A DNA stretch of 64,000 bases from Chara braunii. Its lineage: Eukaryota > Plantae > Charophyceae. Shown in pieces: positions 23,554 to 35,038 of the stretch. Both the position numbers and the translations under genes were made by a program. Position 1 is the stretch's first letter. The number at the start of each line of letters is the position of its first letter. The notes below the pieces were generated by a model. The model was not told the origin of the DNA. It saw nothing but the letters and a program-made list of their open reading frames with translations, and did no database searches. The DNA lies in contig BFEA01000015.1 in NCBI GenBank assembly GCA_003427395.1, positions 5,142,665 through 5,206,664 on the forward strand. Reading direction: 5' to 3'.

Positions 23554-23949
23554 TTTAGTTCTTAAAGACTTTGGATGATTCCTGGGCGTGGGTGAGACAT
23601 TTTTGTCCACAAAAGTGGCACATAGTGAGACATTTTTGTCCACGAAGTGGCACATACTTAAAACCACCAATCCATCAACACCTATTTTGCAAAACCAAAA
23701 GTTACCTTCTCTTGAGCCCAAAACCCACAGTGCCACCATGAGGAAAAGTACTTGTACTACCCTTCCCCGCGCAACCTCTACTGGGCCAAGGCACTAGGCA
23801 CTGTAGATTTTGGCCCGGTACTTGTAGACAAGAAAAACTGAACAATGCAGGGACCATTGGAGTGGTTGTTTAAACACATCCACAAGTAATATCAAGATCC
23901 ATGAAAAAGAATCAGCTTGTCCAACACCCGAGGTTGTGTTCTCAATTCT

Positions 23950-26900
23950 TCGTCAACGTGACTCAACAGACATAAGCAGGGACATATTTGGCATTATAGC
24001 GCAACAACTGACATGCAAATTCTTTGTCAAACTCGGATCTTAGAAAAGGAAAATGAAACCACGGACAAACTAAATGAATGGAGAAGATGGGAACTCAGAG
24101 GCCTACAGATACGCGCTCGTATGAATGACTACATCCTGAATGAATGGAGAAGATGGGAACTCAGAGGCCTACATATACGCGCCCGTATGAATGACTACAT
24201 CCTGAATGAATCCAGATCGACTTGGACAAACCAATCACCATAGGGGAACTTCACGAAGCCTTATCCCAGATGGGAAATGACTAAGCACCAGGAATTGATG
24301 GCCTGTCCAAAGAATTCTTGATCCAGTTCTGGCCAACACTGGGCAACGACCTCTTGAACTTCATCAACGACAGCAGGGAAAAGAGAGGCCTGGGTCAATT
24401 TCTAAGCACCAGCGTAGTGTCACTAATATACAAAAAGGGAGACAAGGAGGACCTCAAGAACTACAGACCAATCTCACTTCTCACAACGCCGTACAAAATC
24501 CTAGCAAAGGCATTAGCCAACAGAATCATAAAACTAACTGATAGTTGCTTTCACATCGACCAAGCAGGATTCATCCCGGGTCGACACATTCTGGATATGT
24601 GATGGCTCTAAATGAGGCGGCTAAGAAGATCACAGAAAAACGAATGCAAGCGGCGATCTTATTCTTCGACTTTGAGAAGGCTTACGATCAAGTCAATTGG
24701 GACTTTCCCCACAACTGCATGGAGAAGATGGGAGTGGCCCAAACTTTCGAGAGTGGGTGAGAGTACTCTACAGGGGTGCCACGGGCAGGGTGCAAATAAA
24801 CAGAATAGTGTCAGAAACCTACCCGATATCGAGATCGGTCCGACAAGGCGACCCCCTCGCACCCCCAATATTCTTGTTCATAATGGAAGCCATCGCACCG
24901 TTCCTGCGCAAGGACCCATCCATAGACCGCCTGACCGAACAAAACTACACCCCCCTCCACGACTTTGCTCTCCCCACCGCACAGATGTTCACAGACAATC
25001 TCACGGTCCTCATCCGCGCCAACAACTCCTCTTTCCAGGCCTTGACCCCCGCCATGGAAGCCTTCAGACTCGCCTCGGAAATGAAGGTCAAGTGGCTGAA
25101 AACAGAAGGGTGGTGGCTCGCAGAAGGCACCCCCCCCCCAACCCCCAGACCCATCCACCCAAATGTCCTGGACTACGGGCGATCAAGCACTTCGATATCT
25201 TGGTAGGGATGACATCTGGCAAGGGATGGGGGAGTCTCTACTCGCCAGAGCAATAGCCCGTTTAGCCACCTGCAACAAAGCCCAGGCCTCCCTACTAGGG
25301 AGAGCCCTGATCATCAACACGACAGTATTCTCCACCTTGTGGTACATGGCCTCCATATGGTGCCCCCCCGACGACGACCTGAAGAAGTTGAAGGCTAGAG
25401 CCAGGTGTTATCTGTGGACTGGCAACCCCAACAGAACCACCTGTATAAACAAGGTGGCCTGGCAAACGGTCATCAGGAAACCACAGGAAGGAGGGCTAGG
25501 TATAATCGACCCTAAACAAAAAGCAATCGCCCTCCAAATGAAATGGATAATCAAAATCCTAACCAAACAAGCCCTCCCGTGGACCACGATGGCGAGAGAC
25601 AGCATAAGGAATATGGCACCAATAGCGACCCCACCAAACATGAGTGGCCTGTTCTGGATCATGGCAAAGGAGTGGACAATCAAATCGGGGAGACCAGCAA
25701 GGAAAACTAACCCAGCGACTCCAACAAAACCCCCCACCACACCCACCCCCTACTGGTCTTCGATCCTAAAGACCTGGCATCGACTGATGCCAGACAAGAA
25801 AGGGTTCCCGAGCAACAAAGAGGAAGTCCTACAACAACCCCTGTTCTGCAATCCTTGGATCAAAGACACAGAGGGCAGACCGTGGACTCTCCGGGCTAAA
25901 GACCGCAGATGGTTGTCATGGGTGGAGAGAGGAGTATGGCAGGTGTAACATCTGTGGTCCGAAGACCGACAAGAATGGCTCACCTCACAGGACCTTCGCA
26001 CTCCCTTAAAAGGGTGCCACCTGCTGACCACCAACCTGTCAGAAATCCTCCAAAGCATTCCTCCCCCATGGAAGACCCTCCTAAAAGAGACACATACGTG
26101 GAAACCAGGAGACTGGGGACTACTCACGACACAGACCCCACCAACGAAAGCCTACCGCTTTGTGTCAAAACCGGACTCAACTACCAGGCCAAGTTCATAT
26201 CCTACCCCATCATCAAACACAACCTACACGAACTACAGATCCTAAACAAAACACCGCAGAACGAACAGATAGAAACCTACCTTCTCAGGAAGGTTAGAGT
26301 CTCTCACAAGATATCCTGGTCTATATTCCAGACGGATCTTAGCATCAGCGAGCTGGAATTTGACCCAAAGGAATGGATCTGGGATCTGGACACCGCAGGT
26401 AAATCGAGAACGATAACAGAGTACGACGTAAAGTTCGGGAATAACCTCGGACTGCAAACCAGGGACCCGAACCCAAGGCTGACAGAGAAATGGAGAACCA
26501 TACTGAACCTAGATACCACGACCCCCATCACCATCACATGGCCCAAATACCTCCTCATCAGACCAATTAGAATCCGAAGCATGCAATGGCTAATTGCACA
26601 TGCAGCCCTGCAAGTCAACCAATGGTTACACGAGAGAAGGAAACACTCTGATCCGGATAGCTCGGCATGTTGCTCAATGTGCAGCAACGACTCACCCGAA
26701 GACATCCCCCACTGCCTCCTATTCTGCCCTGAAGCAACCTGGATATGGAAGAAGATCGCGAGCTATGGTCGATCCTGTTCGCTGCACCCCCCCCTAACAT
26801 CCCCCCTATCTCTATCCTACTTTTAACTAACATCCCCAGCAACATCACAGGCAGCAGGGAAGCATGGTTCACCCTACTCAGGAAGCTGGCATTGTGGGGG

Positions 26901-27529
26901 ATATGGAAACACAGATGCACTCAGACAATCGAGGGAACAGAGGTGGCAAGAGAAGAAATGTGGTCACTACTGCTGAGCCTGGCAGAGACGGAAATCAGGA
27001 GCAGATGGCGGTGAATAGAAAACCCTGCGAGACACAGACCAGAAGGACAAGCAATCAAGAAACGGACATTCATAAGAAACTGGCTGCTAAAGGGCAAGGT
27101 GGCAACGATAGTAGACAACAGACTGAGGTGGAAGGAATGGCACCAGGCTTCATCATGAAGACCACGAGGGTACCTGTCGGGCGACCTGGCAGAAGGTTCT
27201 GAATGGGGATCAACAAAAAGAGGACCGGACACACAGAGAAGGACAAGGACAAGCAACAGAACACAGAGTGGACCCCCCATTGTTCTCGTATTACAGGAAC
27301 TCATTCGACAGGCTCTAAATAGAAGCCTGCGAGGAACAAAGGGCAGGGCGAGCTGACAGTCAATCCTCCTTAGAAGGAGCAATCAATGCTGATCAGGGGT
27401 CCTTCGGCCAGACGGAAGGAAGCGTTGAGTGGGTAATATGATGTAATCCGTTCTTTTTTGACTTGCCGAGGGAATAGGAACCGGACTGACGCTCCCCAGA
27501 ATGGAAATGGAGCCAGAACCACAAGGACC

Positions 27530-27568
<39 letters not shown>

Positions 27569-27604
27569 AAAAAAAAAGAAAAAAAAAAAGAAAAGAAAAG
27601 AAAA
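23950..27604 (+). mobile_element. L1/Tx1-type LINE, 5'-truncated degraded ORF2 (RT plus zf-RVT), 3' UTR and poly(A) tail
   Basis: APGIDG, KKGDKEDLKNYRPISLL, QAGFIPGR, DFEKAYD, SVRQGDPLAP, FTDN (decayed FADD), SLLGRALII, GGLGI, CSMC..EDIPHCLLFC, with several frameshifts and stops. A-rich tail at 27534-27604. 63-bp tandem duplication near 24073-24210. The 5' boundary is approximate. Confidence 0.9.
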
Positions 27605-27779
27605 GGGGAGCCTGCGCAATCATCACAAAGCTCGCAAATAAAAAGAGATTCTCACGCAGAATAACAAGGCCGGCAAATAACACGTTCACACAATCTAAGT
27701 GAATGTTAAGTAAGAAGACAGTGTCTTTAGGAGCCAACATCAAAAGATTTGCATACGCTCACGGCCTGCTCACAGATGC

Positions 27780-30460
27780 TAAAACTCATATTTTCTGCAT
27801 GCAATATCTGATAAGACTGGCATTCCTAGTCAGGAAGGTGACCAACCATCCCTGCGGTGGCCAGAGTCTCAGTGTGCAACAAGCCCCCACCACCTGCAGC
27901 AGAGATCATCAGTTTACAACACCCTTCTCCGAGTTTCAAGGATAGTCAGGGACAGGGAGAAGGCAGCAAGCATTCCTGCAGTATGACGCAAGGTCGCTCA
28001 CAGCCTGGATATCATCAATACTGGGCATGACAGACAATACGAAGGACGAAGGGTGTTGTAGACTGGAAGATTTTGCTCAGAAAAAGCTTTTTGACTGGAA
28101 GATTTTGCTCACAAAGGCAGCCTTAACTACGGAGGGAGAATAGCTTGATTCCACTCCATATGAACAACAAAGACGTGACTCACGTAATGGACGAGCTCTA
28201 CCATTGCCCTGCAGCTCCCCACACATGATTACCGTGCAATAGGCAAGGCATCGTGTTGTGAGGTTCTGCACAAAGTAAGATTGTGAACTACCAGCTGAGA
28301 TGTTAGTGTCACATGGGACTAATGACTCACCTGTGGAATCTTACAGCCATGCTGATGATGGCAGCGCGCTTACACGACTAAGCTCTCCCCAAAGATAGCA
28401 CAAACTTCCACAAAGTGAATTGCATTGGGCATGCCTGTTGCCTGCCACCCTGCCCAAGTGTGAGAGTTGCCCCTACATCCAAGAGCCACAATGAACATGC
28501 AATCGTTGGCAACCTCCCAAAGGTGAAGAGGCGCTGTGCTGTCTAACAGTTGGATCTTCCAAGATAGCCTTTTGTCTTCCACTGCTGATAATAATTCTCT
28601 TCAAATGGCACGACATGGATAACCTTTTGTCTAAAACACTAAACACGATTGAGCAAGCATGCAGAAACTCAACTAACAGGGTGCCAGCTCGAGGAGACAC
28701 CCAAAATTCATGGCACAGGACAATAACCCTTGGAAAAGATGCCTGCTAAGGTCACTGCTTTCGGTTCTCTCTTGGTGTATTATTGGTGCATTTCTGTTTT
28801 CTGGAAAGCTCGTGAATATCTGGCTTCAATGTGGTGTGCAATTTGGATTTCTGTCATTACGCTATTGCTCATTTTCTTCGCATGATGCTCATTCGTATCC
28901 ACTTACTAGCAGTACACTAGAGGAGGGAAGAAGGAAATAGGAGGTGGAGTTCTCACCGGGTTCTAAATACTCACCACTGGAGCAGACTACTCTAGAATGG
29001 CACATGATGCCAGTCAGTGTTTGGGTTGCATAAGATTTTGAATTGAGCAACAGCCGTTGCCTATCATTATTGGCCACCCCTACAGACCGGACAGAACCAG
29101 TTCAAGGTCTGGACTGTCGAAGCACACCATCCAATTGGTGCACTGAATAGCACGGCATAAACAGATGTCACAGGCTATGTGGCTCCTACGTTCTAGGAAC
29201 ACAGAGACATGCCGATTGCAATTGTAGAGCCATTGCCGTTCCGACCCCTGCCTAGAAATTGGACATGACATATCGGGGTGCCGTACATGAATGCAGTATC
29301 AACTGTCATCATATGTATGAAAACAAAAACCCCGCATGGGCCATCCCTTCATAATTGGCACAAGGCATGTAAGCCACATGCTACCCGAATCTCAGCTGGG
29401 TCATCACAGAGCGGCATTGAGCAGGTTTCATGGGTTTCCCCAGTATTTATTCCCTCTCTATGCGCAGAAAAAAAAGTCTGGGTGTTTAGCTGATGCAGGA
29501 TTTGGTCTGAAGCAGCTCGGCCCAGTGGTGATAACCTTTCAGTACAGCGCTCTGTAGGTGGTTCATATGGTAGACTATTGTCGTCCTCAGGCTGCTGCAC
29601 CTGTCGTTCGTCTGGCAAGGACGAAGGAGATCCGACTGTGATTGCCCAGCATTGCATGCGGGACATGCTAAGAGAGGGTGTGGTCGATGATGGCATCGGG
29701 GATAGTCCACGCAGTAGAGACACATGCTTTCTATGACAGCTTCCTGGAAACATTCACGACACTTAGCATGTTGCTGACATGTCAGCAGGAAAGCAGGCTG
29801 ACGTTCGCAGCTATTTAGGCATGGCATGTCAAGGCCACGACTGCATACTGAGCAAGTAATTACAGAGTGCGAGGGAGAAGGACAGGACAAAGAGTGGTAG
29901 GCTGGCAGTGACCATCCATTCATAGCGTTCGGCGCATAGACTATGCTGTGTGCATGGTAACTGTACTGTAGCTATGTGATTACAGAATGGGATGGCACAG
30001 CTACCATCCTCTGGAGAGGCTCCTTCACTGTCCGTGGTAGAATCTGTCATCGACACAGGTAGGGGACGCTGCCTGGCCATGCAAAGGGGAAGGAGGAGGT
30101 TCAGCCGGATTGCTCTTCAGAGGCTGTAGAGCTTGCAAGTGCGCAACGACATAGTGTTCCTGATGGACAAACCAGACCGAGTGATATTCTACCGCTTGGT
30201 GATAGAGAGAGTTAATATTCCCCGCTGCATGCACCCGACCGCCATTGTCCCATAGGGTCCATCAGTCATCCGCAAAGGTAACAGCACTGAAATTTGGATC
30301 CATGCCTGGCATGTGATTCTGTGGAGCAGGAAGGAGCTGTAGTCACCTACCCATAAATGCCATACACAAGACTTCTATGTTCACGAAACGTGCAGTGCTG
30401 TCGTCCTCTGGGCAGACAGCACGGTGCACTTCTTCTATCCTGCAGACAACGTCTGCAAAA
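27780..30460 (-). pseudogene. Possible degraded multi-exon coding sequence of unknown identity
   Basis: Complex, non-microsatellite sequence with minus-strand splice-like sites (TTTTGCAG near 30455, GTAAG near 28370, TTTGTGCAG near 28270, GTGAG near 28180) bounding Cys/His-rich reading segments with stops. No family recognised. Confidence 0.3.
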
Positions 30461-31180
30461 TCAGAAACAGTATAAGGGTTGCAATTGTAAGCGAGGAGAC
30501 ATACATTAATGACATAGTGCGCTCAGTGGCCTCGCTTGTGTGTGTGTGTTGTAAATTGTCACCACAACAGCCCTTGTGTGTGTGTGTGTGTTGTAGATCC
30601 AAAATCAAAGCAGATTTACCTCTACTTCAGACAATGAAGCACACTAAAGGTGAGCTAATCCAAAAACGAAACACTTATAGCAAGCAACATGAAGCCCAAC
30701 AGATCCATTACATCACTTCTTGAAGCAAGCAATATGTGAGCACGACAGATCCTCTTATATTCCTTACTTGACTATCATCACTTTGGCTTTCTTTGGGGCA
30801 CCCCTTTTATTTGTTCTTGCAGCTCCCCTTTTACTGTGCCCCTCACATACAAGGCTCGCCAAATTGATTGTAGTTGAGCACAAGCTGCCCACATCCCCGT
30901 GCGTGTGTATGCCGTAGATTTTCACCACAACTACCCCTGTTCCACCCAGATGCCCGGATCTGAGCCAATCCAACAATGAATCAGTTTTACCTCTATAGCA
31001 AGCAACATGGATGTGATGACCTGACCAAACACGAAATGAGAGACACAGCTGATTTCTGGGTTTTGCCCATGGACTGAATGCCTTGCTGAGTTTCCCGCTT
31101 GCTACTAAGTTCTCTAAGTCTGTGTGTGTGCACACTTGCTGGTCTGCATGTCTGTCTGAGTGCTTGATGGCTTGAGTGTG

Positions 31181-32310
31181 TGTGACCCCAAGGGCACGTG
31201 TTCGTTCGTTGGGCCCTCAGGGCCGGTACTTACCTGTGGTCGTGACATTGAGGATTGCAGCAGGGAAAACACTCAAGTGCCGGGGGAAGAGGCCCGCAAC
31301 ACTTGAAGCAGCGGGGAAACACTCAAGTGGCAGGTAGGCCGGTACCCTGAAGAGGTAGATGTGCCGGGTACTCGAGGCCGAGCAGAAGAAGACAAAAGTG
31401 GCATTTTTAGAGGCCCAGTAGTTGTAGGCTAGGTCTAGGCGGGTACCAGTCCAACCAGTCTGAGTCTAGGGCCTGTACCGGCAATATCAGAGTCTGCAAT
31501 GATGTTTCCCTCCGGAAGAGAGGAGGTACCGGTTGCTTGGAAGGCCGAGCGGCCTGGAAGTCACCGCCCAAGAGGCAAGCAGGCCGCTATATGTCCAGGC
31601 CGGGCAAAGAGCTCAGCCTCATTGTTGGTGTGCAAGTTTGGCGACACACTGGTTGGAGCGCTGGCTGGAGCAGCGCTAGCACTCAGCAGAGCTGCCGGGG
31701 AAGGAGCAAGGACACGGAGGAGGAAGAAGGCCAGGGCTAGGGAGAAGCGCCAGAGGTACTTACCTGGCTATGGTGGCAGCCATCTTCATCACCTTGGTGG
31801 GCGCTGTAGCAGGAAGGCCCCAGCTGGGGTTGAGCTACACCAAAAAGCTTTGAGGCAGAGTCAGGCATGGCGGCCTGAGCTAGAGCAGCCATAGCTGCTT
31901 TGGGTTGTCCTTTGGACATCTGGGCAAGGTCTAGTAGTCCGCCATAGCCTCGGCCTATGAGAGTGAAGAGTGAGAGAAACGGCCATGGCTATGTTGGACC
32001 TCAAGTGATACCTGCAGTAGAAGAGGGATTCGGACTTTGGTTCTGGTTCAGCCATTCAACATTGTACTATTATTTCTTGTGTGAATAAGAGAGGAGGAGA
32101 TAAGGAGGAAGAGAGAGTTTGCGAAGAAGAAGAGCTTTATCATTTGTCTATGCTGGTGTACATCATCTTCTTCTTCTTTCTTACTTCTTCTTCTTTCTTC
32201 TAACCTTCTCTCTGCTCTCAAGTTCATTCATTTCTTTCTGCAATTGGGCCGCATTCGCGCATTGTACTATCTGATGAATGTGTATCTCGAACTTGGCCAG
32301 GATCATAACA
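31181..32310 (+). mobile_element. Probable LTR (TG...CA) of another retrotransposon family; its 3' ~260 bp recurs inverted at about 50761-51010
   Basis: Starts TGTGACCCC and ends ATCATAACA at a gap. CAAGTTCATTCATTTCTT..TGTACT.TCTGATGAATGT..TTGGCCA.GAT...AACA matches the reverse complement of 50761-50860. Confidence 0.5.
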
Positions 32311-32420
32311 NNNNNNNNNNNNNNNNNNNNNNNNNNNNNNNNNNNNNNNNNNNNNNNNNNNNNNNNNNNNNNNNNNNNNNNNNNNNNNNNTTTTTTTTAA
32401 CTAACCTACATTCTTCTTCC

Positions 32421-33083
32421 CTGAGTGGGGATCCGGGCCGCCCGGCTGACGGGAGGAGGCCCGGGGGAGGTCCCGGGCGGCCTAGCCGGGCGGGGCACCC
32501 GGTTGGGGGCCGGCCCCCCCCAGCGCAATGACCTGTTCGGGGGTTTCAGACCCCCGTTTCGCTGCTTTTGGCCTCCCGCAGGCCTACCGGGTCCGACCAG
32601 CCCGACAAACTGACCCGTCGGGCCCGGTAGGCCTGCGGGAATTGGAAAAACTTTCTGACTGCTATCTGGCCATCGATCCGCCATGATCAACGGCCACAGA
32701 GCCGGTTGATCTAGGCGCCAAACATCCCCGCTTTCAAACATGGGATCGGCCCCCCAGCACGATCGAAGTTCCTCCTGCGCCGTCCTGCTGCGCCGTCGCC
32801 CGTCGACATCGCCATCGAGAAGTACTGCTGCAGCTGCTACGACGAAGGCGCCGACTGTCAGCTGCTGCTGCTACGACGACGGGCCGGACTGTCCTGCTGA
32901 TCCTGCTACGACGAAGGCCCCGACTGCCTTGCTGCTGCTGCTACAACTAAGGCCCCGACGACGAAGGCGCCATTCTTCTTCTTCTTCTTCTTCTTCTTCT
33001 TCTTCTTCCTGTCGTGCTCGTTTAGGGTTGTGTTGGACGGGCAGACGAAGGCCCTGCTGCTAGGGTAACTGTTGCAGGTAACG

Positions 33084-33114
<31 letters not shown>

Positions 33115-34492
33115 CTTCTTCTTCTTCTTCTTCTTCTTCTTCTTCTTCTTCTTCTTCTCTCCTCCTTCTCCTCCTCTCGTCTTCTTCGTCTTCCCTTCGT
33201 CTTCCCCTCGTCCCCCACTCGTTTTCTTTCTCCTCCTCCTCTTCTTCTTCTTCTTCTTCTTCTCCTCCTTCTCCTTCTTCTTCTTCTTCTTCTTTCAGTT
33301 CATCGACATTCGGCCGGTCACGTGAGACACGACAGGTTAAAAAAAAAAAAAAAGGCCGTCCTTCTCCCCCTCCTTCTCCGCTTATCTTCTTCTTCTCCTC
33401 CTCCTCTTCTCGTTGTCCTCTCGTCTTCTTCTTCTTACCCTCCTCCCCCTCGCATTTTCATCTTTTTCCCCGACCTTTCTTGATCTTCTTCTTCTTCCCC
33501 TCCTCACGTCTCTTCTTCTTCTTCTTCTTCTTCTTCTCCATTCGCTAGGTCTTCTTCTCTCTTCTTCTTCTTCCCGTCCTTCCTTACTCCTTCCCTGCCT
33601 TTCTTCACACCCTACCGTCGTCTCCATAATGCACGGCCATACCCCGCCGCCGCCTTACCCTACCACCGCCATACCCTACCGACATACCAGTGCTGCCATA
33701 CCCTACCGCTGCCATCCCCTGCCGCCACACCCCGCTGCCATACCCTACCGCAGCCGTATTTCTTCCCCATCTTCTTCCCCATCTTCTTCTTCTTCTTCGT
33801 CGTCGTCTTCTTCTTCTTCGTCGTCTTCTCGTTTCCTTTCTCCTCCTCATCTTCTTCTTCTTCTTCTTCTCCTTCTTCTTCTTATTCTTCTTCTTCTTCT
33901 TTCAGTTCGTCGACATTCGGTAGGTCACGTGATACACGAAAGGTTAAAAAAAAAAAAAAAAAGGCCGTCTTTCTCCCCCTCCTTCTCTTCTCTTCTTCTT
34001 CTCCTCCTCCTCTTCTCGTCGTCCTCTCGTCTTCTTCTTCTTACCCTCCTCACCCTCTTCTTCTTCTTCTTCTTCTTCTTTTCCATTCGTTAGGTCTTCT
34101 TCTCTCCTCTTCTTCCTTCCCTACTCCCTCCCTCCCTTTCTCCATCCTCCCATCCATCCATCCCTTCAATAAGTTCATAGCATGCATGCAGCAGACTTCA
34201 GAGCAAACATGCAGAACACCCAACCCAGTAGGCAACATACATGCAGGGCCCCCAACCCCCAGACACCACCCCAACCCCAGCACCCCCCACCCAGACCAAC
34301 CCCCCCATCCACCCCCCAGAACCAAAATTTTATTGCAGATTCCGGGTCCTCTCGCCAGCGCAGAACGACCCCGTTTTCCAAAAAAAAAAACAAAAAATCC
34401 TGGGCGGTTTTTTTGCCCGCCCGGTTTACCCGGGCGGCCCCCCCGGGCCCGACCAGCCGGGCTGAGCCCGGCCGGGCGGCATCCTCACGCAG
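32421..34492. mobile_element. Non-autonomous TIR element with GC-rich CCGG subtermini and (CTT)n interior
   Basis: Imperfect TIRs CTGAGTGGGGATCC / GCATCCTCACGCAG. Flanks CTTCTTCC and CTTCTTTC (7/8, but low complexity). Internal duplication near 33294 and 33901. Confidence 0.6.
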
Positions 34493-34595
34493 CTTCTTTC
34501 TATATATCTCCCACTACCTACCTACATACCCGCAGCTTAGCAATCCACTACAGGGATTTTTTTCGTGTCCAAGGCAGGAAATCTCTCCTAAATTA

Positions 34596-34835
34596 AGAAG
34601 ACAGAGCTAATCTCTGCTCTGTGGGGGGAGCAGCACCCAAGCTTCTAACACCAGGCGCGAGCTGGAAAGCGCAAATGGTCCCTTCCCGGCCAGCCAGATG
34701 GCCCAAGCCAATTATCTCCACTGGAGAACCCGAAGTGCATCACAGGAGGCCGTGGGGACAGAATGGATGACGAGGGGAATCGAACCCACAACTTCCTGCA
34801 AACCACTTTCGTGCTCAAACCAACTGAGCTAGCCC
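34596..34835 (-). mobile_element. tRNA-derived SINE-like element
   Basis: Minus strand GGGCTAGCTCAGTTGG (A box, 34820-34835) and GGTTCGATTCC (B box, 34776-34786). No proper anticodon or acceptor arms. The 3' end is approximate. Confidence 0.6.
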
Positions 34836-35038
34836 GCTTGGGCTTGGTGAACCCCTTTATTTGTCGGTGCAGCTCCCTTTTTCCTGTGCCTCTCACATCA
34901 AGGATGGCCATGTTGGTTGTCGTTGAGCGCCAGCTGCCCACATCCCTGTGTGCCACAACCCCAAAACATGTGGCTGGGGATTCCGGCTCAGATCCAGGTC
35001 CAACCACACTGAATCAGCAGTAGGGCCTGGCAGAAGAA

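Noticed and set aside
33072-34093. Long poly-Ser/Leu/Phe/Arg ORFs (also 43311-45621, 47796-48859, 49630-50180)
   Set aside because: Stop-free frames produced by (CTT)n, (GA)n, (GT)n repeats and N runs; no coding signal.
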